A stretch of DNA of 64,000 nucleotides. Origin: Chiloscyllium plagiosum. Lineage: Eukaryota. Every line of letters starts with the position of its first letter. Position 1 is the stretch's first letter. Position numbers and translations under genes: made by a program. The DNA is taken from assembly GCF_004010195.1 (NCBI RefSeq), contig NC_057750.1, forward strand, positions 9,558,062-9,622,061, in the 5' to 3' direction. Under the pieces are notes generated by a model. The model saw nothing but the letters and a program-made list of their open reading frames with translations. It did not search any database and had not been told where the DNA came from. Below, piece after piece: positions 1-10,984 of this stretch.

Positions 1-704
1 TCAATGACCCAACCTCGCCTGCTCTCTGAACTCCAAAGAGTTTCTCTTGTAACGAACCCCTGATTCCTGGCCAGAATTGAACAAACTCAGAAATTATCAC
101 GAGGAGAGGTTGCTGATGCTTTGTGGTGCACTCAAGGATTGACGTTTCCATGGCGGAATACTTTTCACATCATGTCGTACATTCCCTTTCCCATCTCAAT
201 TACTTGCTTGATTTTCCTCCGAGCCATTCGCCATTTCCTCTGCCGTCCTCTCATTCGCTCAGGGACTGGACCATCCCAACATACTCCGAGCCATCTCCCG
301 CCCTCCTGAAACTTGAATGGCGTCGAATATTCCGCTGCCCGAGCGCCAACTCGAACTGAGCCTCGCTCATCCAATGACACCCCCCCTCCCCCACCCCCCC
401 ACCCTCACCACTCGCGCCGGCTCCCGGTCACACACGTGCATTGATTCCCCAACTGAATTGAATTGTCACAATTCTCATCGGTGTTGTCAAACCGGGCAGT
501 AGCTTCACCTCTCCAATTCTCTCTAACTTCCTCCAGCCTCACATCCCTCCTAGATCTCTGCGCTCCTCCAGTTCCAGCCTCTTGGTTAGGTGCAATCGCC
601 ATCACTTCACCAACAGCGGCTAAACTTTCAGCCTCCTGGGCCCTAAGCATCTAACCCTTGATGCTAGCTGCTCTGGAGTCACTCACACGTCAGTTGGCGT
701 GATC

Positions 705-941
705 TCACATTGACGTCCTCTTTTCCGAAGTGACTACTGCATAGTGACCTTGGAGGTCCAAGCCCCGACAAATTAAATTACTGGGACCATTACAGTCAAT
801 GAATCCTAGGTGTCTGAATGCAACATCTGGCAGGCAACTGTATTCAGCTGGAGTGCAGAGAGGGTCAGTGTAATCAGTCTTTATTGCGTTAGGAATGTGG
901 GCTTTGTAACAATACAGACAATTGCTGGAATCCTTGTGCAC
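705..941 (-). CDS. Candidate terminal coding exon of an unidentified Cys-rich protein (VHKDSSNCLYC...SEKRTSM*)
   Basis: Non-repetitive sequence; acceptor ctcactcttggcag| immediately precedes 941; 78 open codons in phase 0 while the other two phases stop within 20 codons. Confidence 0.45.
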   Translation of the reverse strand: MHKDSSNCLYCYKAHIPNAIKTDYTDPLCTPAEYSCLPDVAFRHLGFIDCNGPSNLICRGLDLQGHYAVVTSEKRTSM

Positions 942-959
942 CTGCCAAGAGTGAGCTAA

Positions 960-1720
960 TCATGCAATCAAGCCTTCAAAGGTTTATTAAAGTTTAAATT
1001 AGTCCGCACAATCCTGGCCAACATCTGCAAAATGTAAGATGTGGTCACGGAAGATAAAAGCTTGATGTTTTCTGACAGTCTGTGGGTCAGTGGCTGAACC
1101 TCCAGTCTCCTGAGGAGTCGGGTGTTCGAGGAAGACAACATCAGATCCAAGACGAAGCTGATGGTCTACAGAGCTGTGCTGGTTCCCGCCCTCCTGTATG
1201 GCTCTGAGGCGTGGTTGGTCGACAGCCGGGACCTCCAGGCACTGGGACTCTCCTCCCAATGCTACCCACGCAAGACCCTGCAAATCCGCTGGGAAGACAG
1301 ACACACCAACACCAGCCTCCATGATCAGGCCCAGCATCGAGGCACTGACCCCCACCCCCCCCCCGACCCTCCACCTCGATCAGCTGCAATGGGCTGGGCA
1401 CACCGTCCCCATGACCGACATGAGACTCCCCCAGTGGGTGCTCTACTCCCAGCTCCCAAACGACAGGCCAGCCCCAGGTGGGACAGAGGGAGCACCTCAG
1501 GGATACCCTCAAGGCCTCACTGGGCCGAGTGCGGCCTTCCCACAGACACCTGGGAATCACTGGGCCAAGATCGTCCACAGTGGAGGAGGGGCATCCGGGA
1601 ACAGAGCCTGCGGTAGGCCCGTCGGTCTGTACAGCCACCTGCAGACTCAGAGTGGGAGAGAGTCATCCCCACCTGCAAGAGACCACCGATGGTGGTGATG
1701 GTGGTCTAAGCCGCTAGTTC
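960..1720 (+). mobile_element. RTE-clade LINE, decayed ORF2 3' part
   Basis: Frameshifted RTE motifs TKLMVYRAVLVPALLYGSEAW, LQIRWEDRHTN, LQWAGH..M.DMRLP..VLYSQL, DTLKASL, DTWESLGQDRPQWRRGI. Confidence 0.85.
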
Positions 1721-2368
1721 CGGGTCCAAGTCCCACTTTATTGGCCTGAGCATTCGTGATGGGGGAGTGCTGTGCTGTCTGTTATCATAGAGTAATCAGA
1801 GAATCCCTAGTGTGGAAACTGGCCCTTCGACCCCACAAGTCCACACTGACCCCTCCGAAGAGTAACCCACCCAGACCCATTCCCTGAACCTATTACTCTA
1901 CATTTACCCCTCACTAATGCACCTAACCTCCAAATCCTTGAACACCATGGGCAAGTTAGCACGGCCAATTCACCAAACCTGCACATCTTTGGATTGTGGG
2001 AGTCCAGTGATAATACCGCTTGGCCGCCACCTCCCTGTGGGCAATTAGGGATGAACCATGAACGCTGGACTATCCCCGTAAATGAATAAAAATAAAGGAA
2101 GTGGTGGTGAGGCCCCTTCTTGAACCCGTTGCAGTCTGAGTGGTGTAGCACAGTGCTGTTGGCGAAGGGGTTCGGGATGTTAACCTCACTCGAATCTCCA
2201 GCTATGTTAATTCTGAACTCCTCTCTCGCTCCCCCCTTCCTTGTGCACGCTGATAAACGCAGTTGTCTTATCACCTCTGTGTGACCTGAAGATTCACTCG
2301 TTCATCGAGCTGTTTTCAAATCAGAAACTGCAAAATGTTCCAACACACGGTCCTCAGGACTAAACCAC

Positions 2369-2519
2369 CTTGATCTGTTTACACGGGCAGAATAAATATC
2401 TCGACGTGCAGACCAGGGGATCCGCTATTTTACTTGCTGATCGTCCCATTCTAACAGATGTGTTGACATTCCATAGATATCGTCCACCAGCAACGTCCAT
2501 GGGTCTTTCAATTCTCAGA
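2369..2519 (-). CDS. Candidate coding exon of the same gene (LRIERPMDVAGGRYLW...YLFCPCKQIK)
   Basis: Acceptor ttcattaattctttcaag|, 1 nt + 50 open codons, donor AAG|GTGGTT in phase 0 matching the 941 exon; ATG at 2500-2498. Confidence 0.42.
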
Positions 2520-3100
2520 CTTGAAAGAATTAATGAAATGCAAACAATTGGGTTCTTTCAGAATAGAACGGGACCCTCAGAAGAAACTGGGAAGATTTAC
2601 CAGAATGGTTCCAGGAAAGAAATATTTGAGCGATCGAAGGGAGGTTTGAGTGAGATGTATCAGATTGACGGCTGTTCCCAATAACTCATGGTACAAGGTC
2701 TAGGGAAGTACAGCGTGGAGGGTTTGTGCAAGAAATGTTCGGTTTGTTTTTAGCAAGTAGTAAAAGTTGAGACAATGAACAATTTCAAAATCCAATTGGA
2801 TGGACGCGAGGGGCATAAGTTGAATATAACGTGAAAGATCTGCTGTAAATCAGACACAAAACCAGAAGTTGCTGGAAAAGCTCGGCAGGTCTGGCAGGAT
2901 CTGCGGAGAGAGAAATCACGGTTAATGTTTTGGGTCTGCTAAATTGTCCATATTTAGGGGTAAATATAGGGTAGGAGAATGGGTCTGGGACGGATTTAGC
3001 TTGGCTAATTCACCCTACCCTGCACATCTTTGGACTGTGGGAGGAAACCAGAGCACCTGGAGGAAAACCACACAGACACGGGGGAATGTGCAAACTCCAC

Positions 3101-3828
3101 TGTTATGAAGTTGTGAGTGTACTGTACCTTTAAGAGAGTTGAAAAGTTGGCAAGGACTTAGAGAGGTACAGAGAATCCAGAGTAAGGTAACAATGTAACA
3201 TTTGGTCGAAACAACTAGAGTAGTTGGACTGCCTGGAGACAAAAACAAATTCAAATTCGGCCAATCCGTTTAAAATATGCCCCAAGATACCAAACTCCAA
3301 TTGAGTTTGAATTTAGTATTTTGATAATATTAAAACCCAATGAAACAATGTTTTGGGGTATAAAAAAACCAGACATTTTATACAGTTAGGAGGAGAACTG
3401 CCAAAAGACCAACAGATATGTAGTCTGCTAGTTTAAGAGCTCTCTGAGAGATACCTGTTTGTGGATGAAATTTGTACAGCAGAATATATAAACTGGCCTG
3501 GAGAGAGAAGCTACAGAGCAAACTCAGCAAAGCTGGGTGGTTTTGAAATGCGATTGCTTCTTCATAAATCGTAATCAAGTTTTTTTTTAGCTGACCAGTA
3601 TTGTAAAGTGGGGGAGGTAAAAGATAGGGTTCAGAGAAAGGAGTTGTAGATAGTTGTTCATTAATATTCTCTGTTAGACTTAAATAATACAGTTGTTAAG
3701 TTTTACTTTAAATAGTGACTTTTGGGATAGTTCTTTTCCTTGTGAATTTTCACAAGTTATAACACAGGGCAAATCTTTTCTGTGTTGCTGGTTTGAATTA
3801 GCAGAGGGGTTTACCCCATGTCATAACA
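3101..3828. mobile_element. Solo LTR (728 bp) inserted into an HE1-type SINE
   Basis: Termini TGTTATGA...TCATAACA (perfect 8-bp inverted repeat, TG..CA), 4-bp TSD CCAC (3097-3100, 3829-3832); the flanks rejoin as one minus-strand SINE. Confidence 0.9.
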
Positions 3829-4719
3829 CCACAAGGGCAGTCATCTGAGGCTGGAATCAAGCCTGGGTTCCTGGCACTATGAGGCAGAGGTGCCAACCAT
3901 TGAGCCACCATGTCACTCAGGCTAGGCTGGCACAGGGCAAGTGGGCCTTGGAGTGGAGGTGGAGACTGGTTAATCTTCACGAGGTTTCATTGCAGACAAT
4001 GACTATTCTTTCTGGTATGTGGCAAGCACAATTTAGTCTAAAGATGATGAGGAAAAGATCTAAAGGGGAGATTAGGCAAAATTATTTTGCACAGAAAATC
4101 ATTGCGATCTGGAATATCCTCCCTGAAAATGCATCATAGAGTGTGGAATCCCTACACTGAGTCCATAAATATATTGAACAGCAAGTTACACTAATACTTC
4201 AGGACAAAGAAGTTATAGGCTTATGGAGAAAAAAATGGGAAAGTGGGACTAATCCCCGGCTACTTTTTCAAAGAGGCAGCATGGGGATAATGGGCCAAGT
4301 GGTCTCCTTTGGTGGTGTGAATTCCTGTGGTTTTAAATGTGCAGATATTCGTAATGAGCTAAACAAAACAAAGAACGTGCAGATAATATCAATCCATTTG
4401 ATCCAGAAATTTCAAGTTACTGGAAGGAGTAAAGAAAGGCGTGTCCAAATTAAAATTCAGAGCCCAGCATCTCAATTAATCATTGATTTTGTCCAAACAA
4501 GGATTCCGACCAAAGAAAACAGGTACTTCATATAAAAACATCAAGGCAGCCTCAGAGCCTCACAGTGCACTTTAGCAAGCCAGGACCATATTTAGCAAAC
4601 AGTACAATATATCAGAACATCGGCAATGGGAGTGTTTTTCTTGGATGAGTCAAACGTTTTAACTAGAGGAGTGAACAAACAGAAATTGGGACTTTTTTGT
4701 TGGGAATGAATTGAGAATG

Positions 4720-5410
4720 TTATGAGTCCATTGGAATTGGAACAATGGGGGTGTATGGGGAAGCTATCAATCCAATTGACGTGACTAGGAATGGTATGAA
4801 TCTATTGGGATTCCACGTAATGGGAACAAATTGGCAAGGGTATTGGTCTATTGGAATTCTATCCAGTGGGAGGTGACTGGGAATGGTATGGATGAATTGA
4901 CAATCTATCCAAGGAGAGTGAATGGGGCAGGTACTGGTCCATCGGAAGTCTATCCAATGAAGTGACTAGGAATAGCATGGATTCATTGGGATTCTACACA
5001 ATGGGAGTGAATGATGAGGGTATCAGTTCATTGGAAGTCTAACCAATGGGAGTGGGGTATCAGTTCATTGGAAGTCTATCTAATGGGAGTAGGGTATCAG
5101 TTCATTGGAAGTCTATCCAATGGGAGTGACTAGGAATGGTTGGGATCCAGAGTTATTCTATACAATAGGAGTGAATGGAAAATCCATTAGGATTTTACAC
5201 AGTGAAAGAAGATGGGACAGACATAAATCCTTTGTAATCCTACGTACTGAAAATAAATGGGAGAAGGTTTATCCCAGTGGAATTCTACACAATGGGACCA
5301 AATGGAAAAGATACTTAACTGGAATTCTATGCAATAAGAGAGAGTGGGGGAAATTGGAATTCAATGGTACCCTATGCAAAGTCAGTGACTGAATGATTCG
5401 TTGGGATTCT
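4720..5410. repeat. Degenerate ~37-45-bp minisatellite
   Basis: Repeated core (t)cattggaa(g/t)tctatccaatgggagtga followed by alternating spacers. Confidence 0.8.
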
Positions 5411-6368
5411 GATCTAGGTAGTTGAGGCTGCTACATCCTGTGAAGAAGATTCAAGACAGTACCTTCCCACTTCCCAGAATTTTTCTCATTTTATGAGTTA
5501 TTGTCATATAACATGGAAACAGACCCTTTGATCCAACCAGCCCATGGCAACCATGTTCCCAAACTAAACTAATCCCACCTGCCTGCTCCAGGTCCATATC
5601 CCTCCAAACTTTTCCTATTCATGTACTTACCCAAATGTCTTTTAAATATTGTAACATCCACCACTTCCTCTGGCAATTCATTCTCCAAACTATTGCCCCT
5701 CACGTCCCTTTTAGATTTTTCCCCTCTCACCTTAAAAATTTGCCCCCTAGTGAGGTCTGGAGTGGAGGTGAGGCTCCTGGAGACTAGGAGTGAGGCCTTT
5801 GGGTTTGAAGCGCAGTGCGGTCTCCAGACTTGGTCCTGGGCAGTCTGAGGGCTTGGTGCTGGCATGGATTTGATGAAAACACTACATTTTGAGTGCTTCT
5901 GTAAAAAAAAGTTCTTTATTCTTATGCTGAACTTTTATTTATAACTATTTCAACTCTGTAACACATTCTTAAGTACCTGTGCCTGGGTACCCTGTACCTA
6001 AGATGGCGCCAAAGCAGCAACATTACAAACATTCCACTGCGCTCATTCGAATAAAGCTAATTCAATTTAATTCCCATTCACTCTCATTGTGCAGAAGCTT
6101 AATGGATTCATACCATTCATAGTCACTCCCACTGGGTAGATCAGCTTAAGTGATCCCCTTCAAGTGACATGGCCGATGGCTAAAATTGCAGAACTGGAGC
6201 AAGAATGCTCCTTTCACAAAGAGGAGAAAAGCCAACTAGCTGAGATTATCCGTAGCCTTGAGCAGTCCATCAATGAGTTGGTGGAACAGAACGATCAGTT
6301 GGACCAGCTGCCCGGGTTCAGGAAGGCAGACTCACTGGGCAGCTGGATGCAATGAATGTGGAGCTCAT

Positions 6369-6977
6369 AGAGTCATAGAATCATAGAGATGTACAGCACG
6401 GAAACAGATCCTTTGGTCCAACCCGTCAATGCTGACCTGATATCCCAACCCAATCTAGTCCCATTTGCCAGCCCTTGGCCCATATCCCACCAAACCCTTC
6501 CCATTCATGAACCCATCCAGATGCCTTTTAAAAGTTGCAATTGTACCAGCCTCCACCACTTCCTCTGGCAGCTCATTTTATCCAAACACTACCCTCTGAG
6601 TGTAAACGTTGCCCCTTAGGTCCCTTTTAAATCTTTCCACCCTCACCTAAATCTATGCCCTCTTATATTGGACTCCCCCACCCCAGGAAAAGACCTTGGC
6701 TATTCACCCTCTCCATGCTCCTCATCATTTTATAAACCTCTATAAGGTCACCCCTCAGCCTCTGACGCTCCAGGAAAAACAGCCCCAGCCTGTTCAGCCT
6801 CTCCCTATAGCTCAAAACCCTCCAACCCTGGCAACATCCTTTTCTGAACCCTTTTACAACATTCTTCCGATAGGAGGGAGACCAGAATTGCATGCAACAT
6901 TCCAAAAGTGGCAGAACCAATATCCTGTACAGCCACAACATGACCTCCCAACTCTGTACTCAATGCTGCGACCAGTG
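6369..6977 (-). mobile_element. CR1/HER1-type LINE 3' end
   Basis: LYRILVLPLLECCMQFWSP...YRERLNRLGLF.LERQRLRGDLIEVYKMMR and (ctatgact)n tail. Confidence 0.9.
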
Positions 6978-7331
6978 ATGAAGCTGAACAATTCCTCAGT
7001 GCTGAAGGACCTGGAATCGGAAGGGGCAAAGAAACTAGGCACCGGCTAGCCGATGGTTCTCAAGGTGAAGAGAGGGTGGCCCATGAAACTGCCCTTGATC
7101 TTGACTCCAAAATGGAGATGCTCAGCGAAGCCCTCAGGACAAAAGGAAGAGGCGTTCGAGATGATGCAGAAAGAGGTGGGTGCTGAGCGAGAGAACATGC
7201 TGCAGCAAGTGGCCACCCTGAAAGAGCAGTCTCAACAGACCACCAACGAGAATGGCTTCCATCGTCTCTCGGTACAAGACATGAAAGGCCAAGAAGAATA
7301 CTGAACTGAACTTGCTCACTGAAGAGATTCA

Positions 7332-7878
7332 AAATAGACAGGCAGGAGGAACACAGCAAGGCAGGCAGCATCAGGAGGGACAGGCAGGAGGCTGGGGGAA
7401 CACAGCAAGGCAGGCAGCATCAGGAGGTCGAGACATCGACGTTTCAGGTGTAACCCTTCCTCAGGGTAGTGAAGTGGGAATAGGTGAAGACAGGTAGGGG
7501 GTATGACCTGGTTGGTCAATGGGAGGAATGAATCCGGTTGGTGACAGGGAGCAGTGGAAGGAAGGGGGAGGGGCTGGGAAGGGAGTCGGGGAATGGGGAG
7601 GGAGGTTATTTGAAATTGGAGAACTCAATGTTGAGTCCTCGGGGCTGAAGGCTGCTCAGGAGGAAGATGAGGTGCTGTTCCTCCAGTCTATGGTTTGGTT
7701 CATTGTGGCAATGGAGGAGGCCAAGGATGGTCTTGTTGGAAAGGGAGCGTTGGGGGAATTAAAATGGGCGGTGACTGGGAGGTCCGGTTGGTCCCTTGCG
7801 GGCCTGGCTATGATGCTCAGTGAGCTTTCCCCTAAGTTTACGGTTGGTCTCCCTGGGGTAGAGAAGACCACACCGGGG
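7332..7878 (-). mobile_element. Penelope-like element fragment (GIY-YIG C-terminus and terminal repeat)
   Basis: Minus-strand PDLPVTAHFNSP...LEEQHLIFLLSSLQPRGLNIEFSNFK*; 13-bp TSD CTGAAGAGATTCA (7319-7331, 7879-7891); hammerhead core at 7438-7464. Confidence 0.85.
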
Positions 7879-8149
7879 CTGAAGAGATTCAGGCTTTGAA
7901 AAGGAACCAGCTGGAAATGGAAGATCTCTGGAGCAGGAGGGACAGTTTATCACAGAAGGGGTGAGAGTTGGCCTCTGAGGTTGCAGAAGAACCTCCAATC
8001 TGCCTGTGAAGCCCATCAAGCAGAGAGGTTGCTGCTCTTATGAAGTCGCAGGAAACTGAAGGTACACTGGAGTACTGGCAGTACTGCTAACCACTGAACC
8101 ACCGTGCCACCCCAAATAACATAGAGCGGACCTCACTGTGAACTAGATT

Positions 8150-9725
8150 GAGTGAGGTGCAGAAAAATCACGGCTTCACCTGGTACTCCAGCCAGAAAGA
8201 AATCTGACGGAGTCTGTCATGTGAATATACTCAAATGGTATTTTGACAGGGAAGGAAAGCCAAAGGAGGATGGGTTATTGGTTACAATACAGAGAGAAGA
8301 ACCAAGTTCAGAGGATTCTGAATTGGACATTCTTCAATTAAAATTGGACAATGAGGAAATTGTCAAAAATTGGAATAAAATACTGAGTTATCTTCCAAAG
8401 AAAAATCAAAAGAGACCTGAAAGCGTTAATGCCATCGCCTGGGGAGATATGTGGAAATAAGCAGGGAAACACTAACCTAATTAGACATAGGGAATGCTGT
8501 TCCAATTAAGCAACATCCTTATAGGCACAACCGTCTAAATTGGCATACATTCAAAAGGGGATTGAATGTATGCTCTAAGACAAAGTGCGTTACAGGGACT
8601 GGAGCTCATGGTAAATGTTTCAAAACCAGATGGTACCCAAATGGTTATGGGTGGACTATTGCAAAGTCAGTGCAGTTACAATGTATGATGCATATCCAAT
8701 TCCACATTTGAAAGACTGTGTTAAAAAGGTAGGACAAGCAACTTATATTTCTAAGTTGGACTTGCTCAAAGGATAATGGCACATACCTCTGTCTGAAACA
8801 GCGAGCACAATTTCGGCTTTCGTAACGCCGAATGGACTGTATCAGTTTAACGGTATGCCATTTGGTATGAAAAATGTGTCAGCCATATTTCAGAGAATAA
8901 CCAATGAGGTAATTTTCAGATTACCCAACTGTATTGTCTATAGAGATGACCTGGTGATTTTTAGTCACACATGGGAGGACCATTTGCAACAGTTATCCGA
9001 ACTGTTCGATCAACTGGTGGGCTTGGTGAATAAACGTGGCCAAACGTGAATTGGCCAAAGCCCAAGTCACCTTTCTGGGCCATGTTATTGGACACGGGCA
9101 AATGGTCCCATGGGATGCACAAACAAAGGTAATTGGGGAGTTTCCCATACCATCGGCAAAAAGAGCAGTACTTCAATTCCTGAGATTTTATCTGAAATTC
9201 GTACCCAAATTATGACAGTGTGACTGCTCCACTCACTGAATTACTAAAGAAAGACAAGATGTTTCATCGGACAGCAGATTGTCAGAAGGCATTTGACATC
9301 CTGAAAGCTGTGTTAGCCACTGCGTCAGTGTTAACCACACCTGATTAACGCAAAGCCATTCAAGGCGGTTTCAATGCAAGTGATGTGGGTGTCAGTGCTG
9401 TGCTCTTACAGGAAGATGACAAGAAGATAGAAAGACTTCTCAGGTATTTCTCCAGGAAACTGAACATGCATCAGCAGAAAGAGTTGAGAAGGAGACCTTG
9501 AGCTTGGTGTTGGCGTTATAACATTTCAATGTTTACGTTACCAGTAATGTATCTGAGACAATCATATACACTGCTCATAACCCATTGATGTTTGTGGAGA
9601 AATTTAAGGACAGAAATTTCAGACTGGTTCAATGGAGCCTGTTGTTACAGCCATTCAACTTGGGAATTGTGCATGTGGCAGGATGAGGTAACGTGGTTGC
9701 TGACACATCGTCGAGACTTGAATGA
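8150..9725 (+). mobile_element. Gypsy (Gmr1-like) LTR retrotransposon pol remnant: integrase tail, RT, RNase H
   Basis: VCHVNILKWYFDR (integrase C-terminal motif), then PIKQHPYR, DAYPIP, KLDLLKG*W, SAFVTPNGLYQF..MPFGMKN, YRDDLVIFS, ASDVGVSAVLLQ, NVVADTSSR; many stops and frameshifts. Confidence 0.9.
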
Positions 9726-9908
9726 GAAATGGAGGCGTTTGGTGGCAGGAGTAAAATAGACTGAAATAGAATTTAGCATGCATGTTTGCATGTTTATAGT
9801 CAATGTAAAATACATACATGTTGTAATGTACTAACAGTGTAAGATTAAAGGCTTTTTTAAAATGAAGCCATTTTTGGATATTTATGGTTCTTTTTTTAAG
9901 GGGGAAGG

Positions 9909-10560
9909 TATGACGGTGCTGCTCCTTTTACAAGGTAATTCTATCCTTGGCTTTTTATTTAAGAGGGGTCATAAAGGCACAGGATCCGAAATGTCTGGAA
10001 AACCTTTTCAGTGTTTATTTTTAAAACACTTGTACAATGAACGGGGAGTGGCCAGTTTTCCCAGTTCAGGGTTTGGTTTGGTTTGGTTTGGTTTGGTTTG
10101 GTTTGGTTTAGCTGTCTGGCTGCTTTGTTTGTAGCTGCTGGTCAGGTTTTAGCTGGGAACCCAGAGAGGTTGCTGGACCCAAAGAAGCAGTTCCATGCGA
10201 TTCTGTCTCTCTCTGATGTCTCTCCTGGAAGAACTTGTGCTTGATCTGACCCTTTTTTTTTGCCAAGGGGGTGTTTATGGGGATGTTGCAAGTATTTGGA
10301 ACAGCATCATTAAGTTGGGGTAGAGTCGATTGGGTTTTCAATTTGGTTACGTTATTCTAAATTCGTTCCCTTTTGTTTATGTTTCATTCAGAAATCTGTA
10401 AATAAATTCTGTTTCATTTAAAACTCATTGGTTGGGTCGGCTGCATCACTCCTGGAATATCCACACACACACCTGCTTAAAGCAACTAGAAATGTTACGG
10501 TCTGGGCTACCTACTTGAAATGGTTTGAGGCGGTCTGGCCTGGTCCAGTCTGGTCTACAC
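9909..10560 (+). mobile_element. 3' LTR of the Gypsy remnant
   Basis: Follows polypurine tract AAGGGGGAAGG (9898-9908); contains (GGTTT)n at ~10069-10109 and AATAAA at 10401; right end approximate. Confidence 0.7.
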
Positions 10561-10984
10561 ACTGTTACCAATATTCTTTCACAGTGCCTCTGGCAAGCCT
10601 GGTATTCCTTGCCCCATCTCGAATTGCCCTTGATCTGAGTGGCCCACTATGCCCATTTCAGAGAGCAGTCAACCACATTGCTAGAGGCCAGGCCGGGTAA
10701 GGCCGGCAGATTTCAATCACTATTAGTCAGCCAGATGGATTTTTAACCAATTGATGTTAGCTTCATAGCTGCCATGACTGAGATTAGCTTCACATTCTGG
10801 ACTTATTAATTGATTGAAGTTCAATTCCAATACATGTTTTAGAATCATAGAATCCTTGCAATGCAGATACAGGCCACTCGGCCCATCAAGTCGGGATTGG
10901 CCATGGTAAATTACCCATAGTGCCCATCAAGTTTGCACTGATCTTCTGAAGAGCATGGCAGCCAAACCCAACTCATCCCTGTAA

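Larger units (their letters stand above)
6170..8065 (+). pseudogene. Disabled coiled-coil gene fragment resembling NUMA1, interrupted by CR1 (~6369-6977) and Penelope (7332-7878) insertions
   Basis: Rejoined frames read HKEEKSQLAEIIRSLEQSINELVEQNDQLDQ/AARVQEGRLTGQLDAMNVEL|MKLNNSSVLKDLE...QKEEAFEMMQKEVGAERENMLQQVATLKEQ...EEIQALKRNQLE. This is collinear with the NuMA rod as recalled (FEEEKQQLSSLITDLQSSISNL...ARLTAQVASLTSELTTLN...QKEQQL...QQLAT). Frameshifts and stops are present. Confidence 0.6.

Noticed and set aside
1..704. Short ORFs at the window start
   Set aside because: No motifs or splice support; more plausibly 3' UTR or flank of the candidate gene (no poly(A) signal seen).
6177..6200. 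MAKIAE resembling the N-terminus of GNG8, a mammalian neighbour of PTGIR
   Set aside because: The following sequence does not continue as G-gamma (no ARKTVEQLK) and fits a coiled-coil rod.
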